Part shown: piece after piece, positions 19,146 to 28,207 of the stretch
How the letters are laid out: every line of letters begins with the position of its first letter
Position numbering within the stretch: position 1 is the first letter of the stretch
Virus record (IMG/VR): IMGVR_UViG_3300025413_001393
Location: 61,103 to 125,102 of that record
DNA: 64,000 nt
Source of the DNA: a virus
Strand: one strand, 5' to 3'
Made by a program: the position numbers and the translations under genes
The notes under the pieces: generated by a model
The model's database searches: none
What the model saw: the letters and a program-made list of their open reading frames with translations, nothing else
Told to the model about the DNA's origin: nothing

Positions 19146-20202
19146 GAGACGTAATGCTTACTTTATATAATTCTAGACACTTATCAAGAACTTCCTTTTT
19201 AGTAGCTCTGGTTTCAACGTGTTCTACAAATTCGTGAAAAGCTGTTTCAATATCAATAGAAAGCTTTTTAACTTCTTTTGTATCAGCTTGTGCATCATCT
19301 AAAATATTAAATTCAGTTCTAAACTGTAAAGGATTATATTGCGCTAGTTTAGTTGCTAACAAATCTAATGTAAGCGTATCAATTTTTGTATCTACATACA
19401 AACTAACAATGTTGTTATTAACAATAGATGGAAGATCAGAATATTTCTTAGCTAACAATTCTGATATTTTAATTCTAAAATGTTTTGGAGTTACATTGTT
19501 TTCAATAAACTCTATAGAAAGATCGTCAAAATTAATGATTGATACTCCTTTTTGCTGACCTCTGTCTCCAAAATCCATTTCATAAGGAGAACCAAGATAA
19601 AGAATATAACTTTTGTTTTCGTATTCTCTAAAATCTCTCATATGAAAATGACCTGTAACAACAGCTTTTGCTTTTTCAAGTAAATCTTCAGATGTTTCAC
19701 CATGATCACAAATTTTGTTAGCAGTCATATGAAAGTTAGCAATTTCAAAATGACCAATTAACATATCTACTGGATCTAATTCTTTTATACTAGTTTTCCA
19801 AGGACAAAATACAATTTTCTTATCGTTTATTTCGAGTGTTGTCTGCTCAACAAACACATGAACATTTTTATTAGCTAATATCTCTACAGAATTAACTTCA
19901 ACAGTAGAAGAAAGAAATGCATCGTGATTGCCGGGTATCAGATAAACATTGTATTCAGAAAGCTTGTTAAAAAATTGCTTTGCAATGTGTAATGTGTTGA
20001 CACCAATTTCGTGTCTGTTATGAAACACATCCCCAGCAAAAAAGATCGTATCTAGTTTTTGCTCAACCATTACTCCTTTAATCCAATCAGCTAAATTAAG
20101 AGCAATATTATGCCACGTTTGAGAGTCTTGATGAACTCCCAAATGCAAATCAGAAAAAAATAAAACTTTATTCTGTTTAGGATTAATCTTCAAAGTGTCC
20201 AT
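19138..20202 (-). CDS. recombination nuclease subunit (T4 gp47, Mre11/SbcD-like)
   Basis: FSDLHLG, AGDVFH, PGNHD, GHF, GHFH, YLGSP; start moved to ATG 20202. Confidence 0.92.
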   Translation of the reverse strand: MDTLKINPKQNKVLFFSDLHLGVHQDSQTWHNIALNLADWIKGVMVEQKLDTIFFAGDVFHNRHEIGVNTLHIAKQFFNKLSEYNVYLIPGNHDAFLSSTVEVNSVEILANKNVHVFVEQTTLEINDKKIVFCPWKTSIKELDPVDMLIGHFEIANFHMTANKICDHGETSEDLLEKAKAVVTGHFHMRDFREYENKSYILYLGSPYEMDFGDRGQQKGVSIINFDDLSIEFIENNVTPKHFRIKISELLAKKYSDLPSIVNNNIVSLYVDTKIDTLTLDLLATKLAQYNPLQFRTEFNILDDAQADTKEVKKLSIDIETAFHEFVEHVETRATKKEVLDKCLELYKVSITSHE

Positions 20203-20671
20203 TAGCTGTATAATCGTCAGATGATTCGTGATGAGTATTTTTTCTTGAAGGGAGTTCACCACTGCATATATGATTCTCGTATACTTCGTCTTGATATCTC
20301 TTTAAAGTTTCGAAATCTTTCTTGTGCTTCTTAATACAATTTTGAAATGCGTGATATGCAACTTTAGTAAAATACGAAAAAGGATTATAACCAACACCAC
20401 ACTTGTATCTCTTTCTTCTTAGAGCTGTCATCATCTTAACAATTGCATCTCCTTGCATTTCAGTTTTGAAACTATAGCTATAAAAATTTCGAGCTAATCC
20501 TAATCTAGTTGCAATCATTTGAATCATTGCAGCAAGCTTTTCTGAAATCTCTTCTCCATCATAATAAGTTACAATTAACGCCTCCATTTCAATAGGATCG
20601 ATATAGACGTCCTTTAATTCTTCCTTTGTACGTCTAACTCTTTTTTGAGTTACTGGCTTAGTTGTTGTCAT
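20183..20671 (-). CDS. late transcription sigma factor (T4 gp55-like)
   Basis: IATRL...NFYSYSF..EM.GDAI, NPFSYFT..AYHAF..CIKK. Confidence 0.88.
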   Translation of the reverse strand: MTTTKPVTQKRVRRTKEELKDVYIDPIEMEALIVTYYDGEEISEKLAAMIQMIATRLGLARNFYSYSFKTEMQGDAIVKMMTALRRKRYKCGVGYNPFSYFTKVAYHAFQNCIKKHKKDFETLKRYQDEVYENHICSGELPSRKNTHHESSDDYTANGHFED

Positions 20672-20702
20672 ATAAAATTAGTGTTATTATAATGCATGTT
20701 AG

Positions 20703-22151
20703 TTAACATTCAACAAGAGAACTAACTATAATAGGAATGTTTTCGGTTTCGTACAAGCGTTTTCTTTCTTCGTAATGTTTGAACCCGTAATTTAAACTTG
20801 TATCTGCAATATCAAAAATTGTAGCCATTTCTTTTGTATGATGAAGACGAAGACTTCTACCAATTGATTGAATGATCTTAATTCTAGCTTTGCCAATAGC
20901 AGCAAAAACTATATTGTGAAGATTTTTAATTGAAATACCAGTCGAAAATATTTTTGAAATTGCAACACACACAATACCTGAAGTTTGTTCCATAAGTTGT
21001 CTAATTTTTTCTCGTTCTTCGACTTCAACAGAACCTTGAATAAAGTATATTTGTTTGTTAGTGTGTTGTTTTAAAAACTCTGTCAGCACTTCTCCGTGAT
21101 TTATTCTATCTACGAGCACAAGAGTGTTAGTATCCATCTTATTAACTAACTTAGCTATAACACCGTTTCTATATTCGTTAGTTTGAAGCCATGTAGTTTC
21201 TTCTTCATAACCAATTGTAGGAGCAGCCATTGAAGGAGCAGAAAATATAGGAGGATTTTTATATTCTATCTGTAAAGAAACTACTCTAACTTTTGAAATA
21301 TAGTTTTCGTTTCTCAAGTCAATTGATTTAAGTTGATATAAAACATCTCCAAAAATTCTATTAAGCGACCATACATCAAACTGAGCTTCAGGTAAAGAAC
21401 CAGTCAAACCAAAGATATGTTTACATTTAAATTTTTTAACAAGCTTTGAAATTTTTTCAGCTGATGCAAGTTTGTGACACTCATCAACAATGACAACATT
21501 AAAGCCTTGCAGAACGCTCGTATCAGTTTTCTCTGATAACAATATTTGACTGTTAGCTACAACAATCTTTGTATTTTGATATTCGTGATTACCAGTCCAT
21601 TTTGATATAAGTGAAGGTTCAATACCGTATTCAAGTAGATCACCTGTAGATTGTTGAACGAGTTGTATGTCAGGAACAAGAATTAAGATTCTGTAATTTG
21701 TTCTTTTAAGAACAGTATTAGCCATCATGCCCATTACAAGCGTCTTTCCAGCAGAAGTAGGAAGAACTATAATGCCTCGTCCCTTTTTTAAAGCAATTTG
21801 TACTGCTTCTAACTGATAGTCTCTAGGTGTTAATGAAAGTTGATCAACTTCTTCTGATAGATGAGTCAATTTCTCACTCATGACATTCAGCATTGATTGA
21901 GTGTAGTTAAACTCTAGAGGAGAAACTATAGTACTAATGTACTTATGTAGTGTAGAAAAAAACGGAAAATCATAACAGCCAGCTTGTGTTATAGCGTATT
22001 TTCTAACTGGAATGTTTCTGCCTGTACGCCTTCTAATAAAAGCTTGAGCCTTATCTTCTGCTGAAAAATGTTCACGAATGACATCAAAGCAATCACCAGA
22101 AAGTTTTGGCTTTCTAGCAACAGTATCAAAATCAAACGTAATTTTACTCAT
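20703..22151 (-). CDS. uvsW: UvsW-like SF2 helicase
   Basis: PRDYQ, PTSAGKT, VDECH, GLTGS, STGISI, QSIGRSLR. Confidence 0.92.
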   Translation of the reverse strand: MSKITFDFDTVARKPKLSGDCFDVIREHFSAEDKAQAFIRRRTGRNIPVRKYAITQAGCYDFPFFSTLHKYISTIVSPLEFNYTQSMLNVMSEKLTHLSEEVDQLSLTPRDYQLEAVQIALKKGRGIIVLPTSAGKTLVMGMMANTVLKRTNYRILILVPDIQLVQQSTGDLLEYGIEPSLISKWTGNHEYQNTKIVVANSQILLSEKTDTSVLQGFNVVIVDECHKLASAEKISKLVKKFKCKHIFGLTGSLPEAQFDVWSLNRIFGDVLYQLKSIDLRNENYISKVRVVSLQIEYKNPPIFSAPSMAAPTIGYEEETTWLQTNEYRNGVIAKLVNKMDTNTLVLVDRINHGEVLTEFLKQHTNKQIYFIQGSVEVEEREKIRQLMEQTSGIVCVAISKIFSTGISIKNLHNIVFAAIGKARIKIIQSIGRSLRLHHTKEMATIFDIADTSLNYGFKHYEERKRLYETENIPIIVSSLVEC

Positions 22152-22564
22152 TAAGTTGTTTCGAGTGTTATAATCTTTGTAAGATTGTTCATACCATACT
22201 GAGCATCTCTAAGATTGCTTTCTACTTTTGTTAGATACTCTACAAGAAGTTCGTTATTAACAATTTCTTCTTCAATTTTTTGAATAACTTCATGAGAAGA
22301 AACTGAGTCTGCAATTGTTTTAGCTGTTAAGCCTACAGGAGATTCATTCTGAATACGTGTTCTGAGTTTTCGCGACGCTTCATCTTTGAGCTTTTTAAAC
22401 TTGTTAATTTCTTGCTTATGAAACATCAAACGGCCTACCCAGTAATGTCTCACGGACGCCAGGGACAGCTGAGAATCTTTAATATTCATCTCATCAAACT
22501 TTAAAAACTCTTCAATCTTTTGATGGTATTCTGCAAACAAATCTACCGTAGTTTTCTCACTCAT
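22151..22564 (-). CDS. uvsY: UvsY-like recombination mediator
   Basis: 137-aa helical protein directly upstream of uvsW, size and position as in T4-like phages. Confidence 0.6.
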   Translation of the reverse strand: MSEKTTVDLFAEYHQKIEEFLKFDEMNIKDSQLSLASVRHYWVGRLMFHKQEINKFKKLKDEASRKLRTRIQNESPVGLTAKTIADSVSSHEVIQKIEEEIVNNELLVEYLTKVESNLRDAQYGMNNLTKIITLETT

Positions 22565-22599
22565 CTACAACAATATACAGCAAACACAAAAATTTTCTA

Positions 22600-22990
22600 C
22601 AGATAATATTATCTGAAGCCTCTTAAGAGCCCTTTAAAAGCCCCTTAAAGATTGTATTAATTCCGGAAATGTAGATCTTTGGGAGGGAGGTCCCCCATTG
22701 CTGGGGAAACCTCCTTCCTTATTGTAATAACTCCGTTTAAAGCGAGTCTCGGTCGGGTTTAACAAACTTCAGATATCTTCTATCAAGCTCTCTCGGTTGT
22801 CCTATAAAAGCAATTTGTTTGAGTGGTCCTGGCATAAGCCAGACAACGGTCGCGCACATGCGCACATCGAGATGTGTTTTTAATTTCTTGATCGCTGACT
22901 CCTGTTTGTCTATTCCACTACTGGAACCCGCTATAAAGCATTGGCTGGAACTAACAGCGATAAAAACTATTAAACTTTCATTCCTAGAAT
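22600..22990. other. structured non-coding divergence region (candidate origin or ncRNA)
   Basis: 16-bp palindrome at 22600-22615, three TTAA-centred boxes, GC hairpin 22681-22719, several further hairpins; no credible ORF. Confidence 0.5.
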
Positions 22991-23017
22991 TGTCAACAAA
23001 CTTTATTAAATAACAAT

Positions 23018-23254
23018 ATGGATTTTTGTAAGCTCGTTGAACAAGTTTTAAATGAAGAGATGACGTCTGGAGGGGCTGGTTCAGTGTACGGATCTGGAGT
23101 TACAAGTACTGAAACGCCATTTAGTCCAAAAGCAAAGTATGCTGGAGACGACGCTAGAAATGTTCTTGGAGGGGCTTTTCCTGGAGTTTTAACAAGAAAC
23201 GGTTTAACGGGAAAGAAAAGACGTTCCAAAAAGAAGCCTAAGAAGAAAAAGTAA
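23018..23254 (+). CDS. small protein with Gly-rich core and basic tail
   Basis: 78 aa, TAAATA late promoter upstream, MDFCKLVEQVLNEE N-terminus, poly-K tail. Confidence 0.65.
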   Translation: MDFCKLVEQVLNEEMTSGGAGSVYGSGVTSTETPFSPKAKYAGDDARNVLGGAFPGVLTRNGLTGKKRRSKKKPKKKK

Positions 23255-23256
23255 GT

Positions 23257-23691
23257 ATGGACCTTGGTCACTGGCAACTTTCTGAAGGTTTAGATCCTAA
23301 AGAAGACGCATTTGGTTTCATCTATCTTATTACTTGTACGATCAACGATAGAAAATACATCGGAAAGAAACAATGTGTTTCTAAGGTCAAACGTCCTCCA
23401 TTAAAAGGAAAGAAGAAATGTCGCAGGTCGACTAAAGAAAGCGATTGGAAGACATATACCGGCTCTTCAAACGAGCTTAACGCTGACATTGCTAGATACG
23501 GTAAAGATAAATTTAATTTTACAATTTTAGAGTGGTGTGATTCTAAATTTGCATTAGGATATAGGGAGATTAAAAGACAACTTGCCGAAGACGTCATTTT
23601 AAAAGAAGAATACTACAACGGTATCGTGAATTGTCGTCTTGGCAAAAGTCCAAAAAACTTTTTAATAAATGAGCACCAAAACCTTTCCTAA
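23257..23691 (+). CDS. GIY-YIG family nuclease
   Basis: FGFIYLIT...RKYIGKK, ESDWKTYTGSS, YYNG. Confidence 0.85.
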   Translation: MDLGHWQLSEGLDPKEDAFGFIYLITCTINDRKYIGKKQCVSKVKRPPLKGKKKCRRSTKESDWKTYTGSSNELNADIARYGKDKFNFTILEWCDSKFALGYREIKRQLAEDVILKEEYYNGIVNCRLGKSPKNFLINEHQNLS

Positions 23692-24109
23692 ATCTCGTGT
23701 TTGTGTTATAGACATATACCCTTTTTTTGAACAAGGGCTTAAGAAGGCTATTGAGTTTTCAAACAAAAATGGTATTCATATGAATACGAGTGATGGTAAA
23801 AAAGTTATAATGGGGTTTTGTCTTGAGTATATTGAAAAAGCTTATAACGAAACACAAAGCCAATATCCTAAAGTATTGTGTATGGGTTCAAAAGCTAAAA
23901 ATTCAATACTTCAAGCATTTATTGATAAACATTTTAACACTATAATGAAACACGTACCGTATTCATACTGTGGTAATGTATCTATTCAATCGCCAGATCT
24001 AGAAGCAGCAGCTCAAAATAGTCTTAAGCAAACAAAGCCTGAACGCAATTATACGGCTTTGAAATTAAAAATGGGAATGAAGAAGCTTATAAAAAAGCCT
24101 ACTCAGTAG
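23669..24109 (+). CDS. hypothetical protein
   Basis: 146-aa ORF overlapping previous gene end. Confidence 0.55.
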   Translation: MSTKTFPKSRVCVIDIYPFFEQGLKKAIEFSNKNGIHMNTSDGKKVIMGFCLEYIEKAYNETQSQYPKVLCMGSKAKNSILQAFIDKHFNTIMKHVPYSYCGNVSIQSPDLEAAAQNSLKQTKPERNYTALKLKMGMKKLIKKPTQ

Positions 24110-24782
24110 TTCTGCTCTGTTGTACAGCAACAAACTCGTCCGTATTAATATCAGAAATTAAACTTCCATCTTGTTCTCCGTAAGCCTTGCCACTTTCCTT
24201 TATGTACAGTTTTAGTTGTGGAAGTCTCAAATCCGGAGGACCTAACAATTCGATAACTGCTGGACAATCATCTACTGGGAAAAAAGCTCCAGATTGTTTT
24301 TCGTAAGAAGATACTAACGCTTTAAAGATGTTATCAATTTCTTCTCTAAAGACTGCATCCGTTTCTCTGTTCTCTCTTTCAGTCAAAGGAATTTCGTCTC
24401 TTGCTGGAACATAAAAAATGATATCATAATAATGAAGAGCTGCTCTTGCAATATCTTTTGATTCTTTGAGAAAGTCTGCATCAAATCCTTCTGTGCCATA
24501 TCCTGCATGCCACAAAGAGTATACGATATTATCAACTACGCATCTATCAAACACGATAAACTCATCGTTTGACGCTGAAGCAAGTTGAGCTTCTTCAACA
24601 AGAGCACTAAGAATGTTCTTTTGAACGTCTGTTGTGCTCTCTTTGTTTACAAGCAAACCCTGTTCATTAATAATATCTCTATATGTTCTCGACGGCCTTT
24701 TATACATAGGCCATTGCTGAATCATTCCCTCAATGAGGGTACTTTTCCCGACAGCTCCTGCTCCACAAAAGGCCACTCTCAT
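24099..24782 (-). CDS. P-loop nucleotide kinase-like protein (AAA_28/dNMP kinase-like)
   Basis: AFCGAGAVGKST, VFDRCVVDN, YDIIFY. Confidence 0.75.
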   Translation of the reverse strand: MRVAFCGAGAVGKSTLIEGMIQQWPMYKRPSRTYRDIINEQGLLVNKESTTDVQKNILSALVEEAQLASASNDEFIVFDRCVVDNIVYSLWHAGYGTEGFDADFLKESKDIARAALHYYDIIFYVPARDEIPLTERENRETDAVFREEIDNIFKALVSSYEKQSGAFFPVDDCPAVIELLGPPDLRLPQLKLYIKESGKAYGEQDGSLISDINTDEFVAVQQSRTTE

Positions 24783-25858
24783 ATTTTTTCTCCTTTTGAA
24801 ATAAATTTTAATAATCCTTGTTGTTCAAGTTTATATATGTCTGTTTTTGTTAACATTTTAAAATTTTTTTCTGTGTACATTTTATATGTTTTATTAAGTT
24901 GTTTGGCTTTTTCTGTCCCAGCCTTTGCTTTATTTATATTGTTTCCAAAATCAATCAACCGCGATGGTTTAATTTCTATTATTTCTGTTTCGGTAATAAA
25001 ATCAGGAAAATAGTTTCTTAATTTGCCTTCAGATGTCATATAGGGAATCATATGTATATCTAATTCTCCTGATTCCCATTCAATGTTATTTTGTTCTAAA
25101 TAATTTACTATAAAAGATAATTCCATTAAAGATCTAAAAAAACTTCTCTTATAATATCCTTTATATCCTCTGCCAGAAAATTCGGCAGCAGGTTTTCCAA
25201 ATTGTGGATTATCTTTTCCAAATCTTTTTTTTCTTATGACGGTTTTATTAGTTTCTTGCCATTTTTTTTGTATTTTTTGAGCTTTTTCTAATCCAAACAC
25301 TTCAATATTTGACTTACCAGTTCTATTTTTACTCCACTCGTTTAGTTTGGAGTATCTTGAAGGACAGGACATAATTTCTGCTAGTCTGGATTTAATTTGT
25401 TTAGTTTTTTCTACACCATATATTTCCTCGTATGTTTTTCCTTTATTATACAAATTTCTTTTTCGTAAAATATCACTTTTTATGCACGTTAAACATTCGA
25501 ATAAATAATTACTATTGTCTTTTAATTTTTTAAGCATATTACGTTTATGACCATAATAATCTACGTCTGTAATACTTGAACACTTTGAGCATTTTGTCAA
25601 TACCCGCTGTGTAGTTATTAATCTACCTTGCTTATTTCTTTTTAGTTCAGACTCTATTTCTGGTCCAAAATATTCAACACGAGAAGGTATTTTGCTTTTA
25701 CAATCCCTACAAACCCATTTTAAATTTGAATCAATTCTATTACAAATATTATTATAGAGATGTCGTTGAATTGTCAAACACTTATGACATTGTATTTCAA
25801 CTTTTTGCCATTTTAATATATTTCCTGAATTATCTTTTTGTAGTTCGGTCAGTATCAT
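24779..25858 (-). mobile_element. free-standing homing-endonuclease-like gene (Zn ribbons + PD-(D/E)XK C-terminus)
   Basis: four CxxC pairs, GKTYEEIYG/GKSNIEVFG repeats, FRSLMELSF...YFPDF...IIEIKP nuclease motif; inserted into kinase 5' end. Confidence 0.75.
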
Positions 25859-25867
25859 TAATACTAC

Positions 25868-25900
25868 TTATGCTCCTGCTCCCATAAATGCAATCTTCAT
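25868..25900 (-). pseudogene. stranded 5' fragment of the kinase gene (MKIAFMGAGA-stop)
   Basis: matches MRVAFCGAGA start of 24099-24782; has own TAAATA upstream. Confidence 0.8.
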
Positions 25901-25934
25901 GAGAGGTATTTACTGGAGATCGAAATTATATCTA

Positions 25935-26693
25935 CTAAACCTTGAGGGCGCGGTCCCAAACCAAGAGATGTAATCTTGGACTAAAGTTGACATGCATAGC
26001 CTTTGCATATTCAGCAACAGCTGGTGCATTAGCAATATGTTCCTGTCTCGATCCACTACAAGGCATGAACCAAATTCTTTGAAGAGGAACATTAATGCCG
26101 TTATAATCATCAACATATTTTCTCCAAATCTCTTCAATGTCTCTGTCAGAAGTAATAACAAACTTAAATCCAGAATTATGTTCAACGTGCCATTTGAGAA
26201 CTTCTGGCTTGTATGTCTTTTCTTCAGGATCTCCGTTTGTCGTAAGCTTTGGAGAAGTCGTAAACGTAGCACAAAACTCTGTTACCCAACGCTCGTCTGG
26301 AATAAGAGTTGCATTAGATTCAAAATCAATACGAGGAGTAAATCCATACTTCTGCACAAATGACTCCATAAACTTCAATAAGGCTTTTTGCTGAAGAAGT
26401 GGTTCACCACCAGTAATTTTCAAAATAGCTCTATTACGAAGATGCTCAACGTAATTGTTGTCTTCCATCAATTTGAAAATCTCATCAAATGTCATCTTGT
26501 TCTTAATAGACCATGAAATAAACGAATCACAACCATTTGGAGAATCCTCTGAAGCAAAGCCTATGCAAGTTAAATTGCACATCGAAAGTCTTAGAAATAC
26601 AGAAGGCTGACCAACATACTCTCCTTCTCCTTCTAACGTATAAAAACAATAATCGTCGCTAATAAACAGCGTTTCTTTAGAGGTATCAATCAT
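25935..26693 (-). CDS. queE: 7-carboxy-7-deazaguanine synthase (radical SAM)
   Basis: FYTLEGEG, VFLRL..CNLTC...CDS, ITGGEPLL, SPKL, SPRLH. Confidence 0.9.
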   Translation of the reverse strand: MIDTSKETLFISDDYCFYTLEGEGEYVGQPSVFLRLSMCNLTCIGFASEDSPNGCDSFISWSIKNKMTFDEIFKLMEDNNYVEHLRNRAILKITGGEPLLQQKALLKFMESFVQKYGFTPRIDFESNATLIPDERWVTEFCATFTTSPKLTTNGDPEEKTYKPEVLKWHVEHNSGFKFVITSDRDIEEIWRKYVDDYNGINVPLQRIWFMPCSGSRQEHIANAPAVAEYAKAMHVNFSPRLHLLVWDRALKV

Positions 26694-26727
26694 GGAAATA
26701 CCTTAAACCTTTTTAACATTATGTCAA

Positions 26728-27462
26728 CTATCTGCCTTCGTATTCTTTAAGCTGCGTATAAATTTTTGCTACGTCTTTAAAAAACTTTTGATATTTTTCG
26801 TGAACATCTTTATCGTTTTTATGTTGAACTAAAAAGTTGATAAAGCGTTCATGACTTGAAAAGAAACTAGGAATGTTGATAGCATTTGAACTTCCAGACT
26901 TTAAGAAAGATTCTAAAAAAGCTAAAAATCTATCTTTAGCAAGTTTCCAAACTTTAGCTGATCTTTCATCAGAAGCTTGGTCTCGTTTATTGCAAACATT
27001 TACATAATAACGTTCGATTGCATCAAGAAAATTTGATACATAAACAGGATATTCCGTAGGATGTGTATAATGCTCTTTTTGTTTTTCGTCGGAATACGGT
27101 TCGTAGTTTGCTTCGTCTTTATACTGTTGTTTAGCGTGATACACTTCATGTGAAATCATATTAACAATAGTTTCGAGATTGTATAACCCAGTATTATTAT
27201 AAAAAAGAGTTATTGTCTGTTTCTTTTCGTCATACCATCCACTAGTTTTACTTTTCTTAGGAGATAAAATAACTTTAGCTGTCTTTTTGTTGTTATCAGC
27301 CAAGTCTATAAAACTTATATTGCCAATCACTACATCTTTTGATGGAGCTTTATCTCCGTACTTGGCTATATAATGTTCAGCCAAAGCATTAATCTGATTC
27401 CTTTCGGAATCAGTTAATACATAACGACCTTCTGTAAAAAACTGCTTAAACGATATCATCAA
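26728..27462 (-). CDS. HExxH metallopeptidase-like protein with capsid-targeting-like N-terminus
   Basis: MISFKQFFTE start; ISHEVYHAKQ and downstream PTE. Confidence 0.55.
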   Translation of the reverse strand: MMISFKQFFTEGRYVLTDSERNQINALAEHYIAKYGDKAPSKDVVIGNISFIDLADNNKKTAKVILSPKKSKTSGWYDEKKQTITLFYNNTGLYNLETIVNMISHEVYHAKQQYKDEANYEPYSDEKQKEHYTHPTEYPVYVSNFLDAIERYYVNVCNKRDQASDERSAKVWKLAKDRFLAFLESFLKSGSSNAINIPSFFSSHERFINFLVQHKNDKDVHEKYQKFFKDVAKIYTQLKEYEGR

Positions 27463-27467
27463 CCTAC

Positions 27468-27908
27468 TTAAGGTTTTTGATATATTGCAGAGTTGTTTTC
27501 ATGTTCAAATACTTCTACTTTTTCTACCCAGCAGCGGTCTCCGTACTTTTCACTAATAAGCTTTTGAGCAGCATTGAAGCACCACTCAGCAGTCTTCTCA
27601 ATTCCGACTGACTCCATAATACGAAGCTGGCAGCCACGCTGATTATTAAGTTCTTGCCAAAAAGGAAGAAGAGGATCGTCTTGTGCTACACAAAGCTTAT
27701 GATCAAACTGATCGTTAAGAATTGCTTTGAGCTCTTTAAGCCCAGCAAAATCTACTACCCAGTTCTTTTCATCAAGACTTGAAGCTCCAAAATAGAACTT
27801 AGCAAGAAGTTGATATCCGTGAATATATTGACAATGACTATGTGTAGCTTTCCATTGACGGAATGCACACGACCCTAGTTCTAATACTTTAGTTGATTGA
27901 TAGCTCAT
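27468..27908 (-). CDS. queD: 6-carboxy-5,6,7,8-tetrahydropterin synthase
   Basis: HSHC..IHGY, VVDF..LK, FDH, EKTAEW, VEVFE. Confidence 0.9.
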   Translation of the reverse strand: MSYQSTKVLELGSCAFRQWKATHSHCQYIHGYQLLAKFYFGASSLDEKNWVVDFAGLKELKAILNDQFDHKLCVAQDDPLLPFWQELNNQRGCQLRIMESVGIEKTAEWCFNAAQKLISEKYGDRCWVEKVEVFEHENNSAIYQKP

Positions 27909-28177
27909 ACGTTTTCAAATGTTGTTACGTTAATATTATCCTTGAAAGACTCTAGTATGTCAACAGACCACACGTCTTCGTAATTTTCTTCTTTAATAAA
28001 TTCAATATTTTCAAGCTTAATATCTGGCTTGTGCTGTTTTAGAGTCTTAGCTAAGTTTTTCAAACTTTCTGAAAATACTGGATCGGAATTTCGATATACT
28101 ACGTTAACCGAGCTAGCAAATAAAAGAGCAGAAATAATTTTTCCTAACTCATCTTCTGTTAAATGTATTGGATTCAT
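27905..28177 (-). CDS. hypothetical protein
   Basis: 90-aa ORF, 4-nt overlap with queD. Confidence 0.55.
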   Translation of the reverse strand: MNPIHLTEDELGKIISALLFASSVNVVYRNSDPVFSESLKNLAKTLKQHKPDIKLENIEFIKEENYEDVWSVDILESFKDNINVTTFENV

Positions 28178-28207
28178 GCAGGAATCTTCCTACACATCTG
28201 GACAAGG

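Noticed and set aside
561-22564. Numerous short plus-strand ORFs in the ORF track across the replication module
   Set aside because: Antisense shadows of well-supported minus-strand genes; no promoters or motifs
22819-23013. 64-aa plus-strand ORF in the uvsY upstream region
   Set aside because: Non-ATG start, no signals, lies over hairpin-rich sequence better explained as non-coding
23257-23691. Calling the short GIY-YIG protein T4 endonuclease II or a mobile Seg element
   Set aside because: Catalytic domain only, co-oriented in an operon; neither orthology nor mobility can be supported from sequence alone
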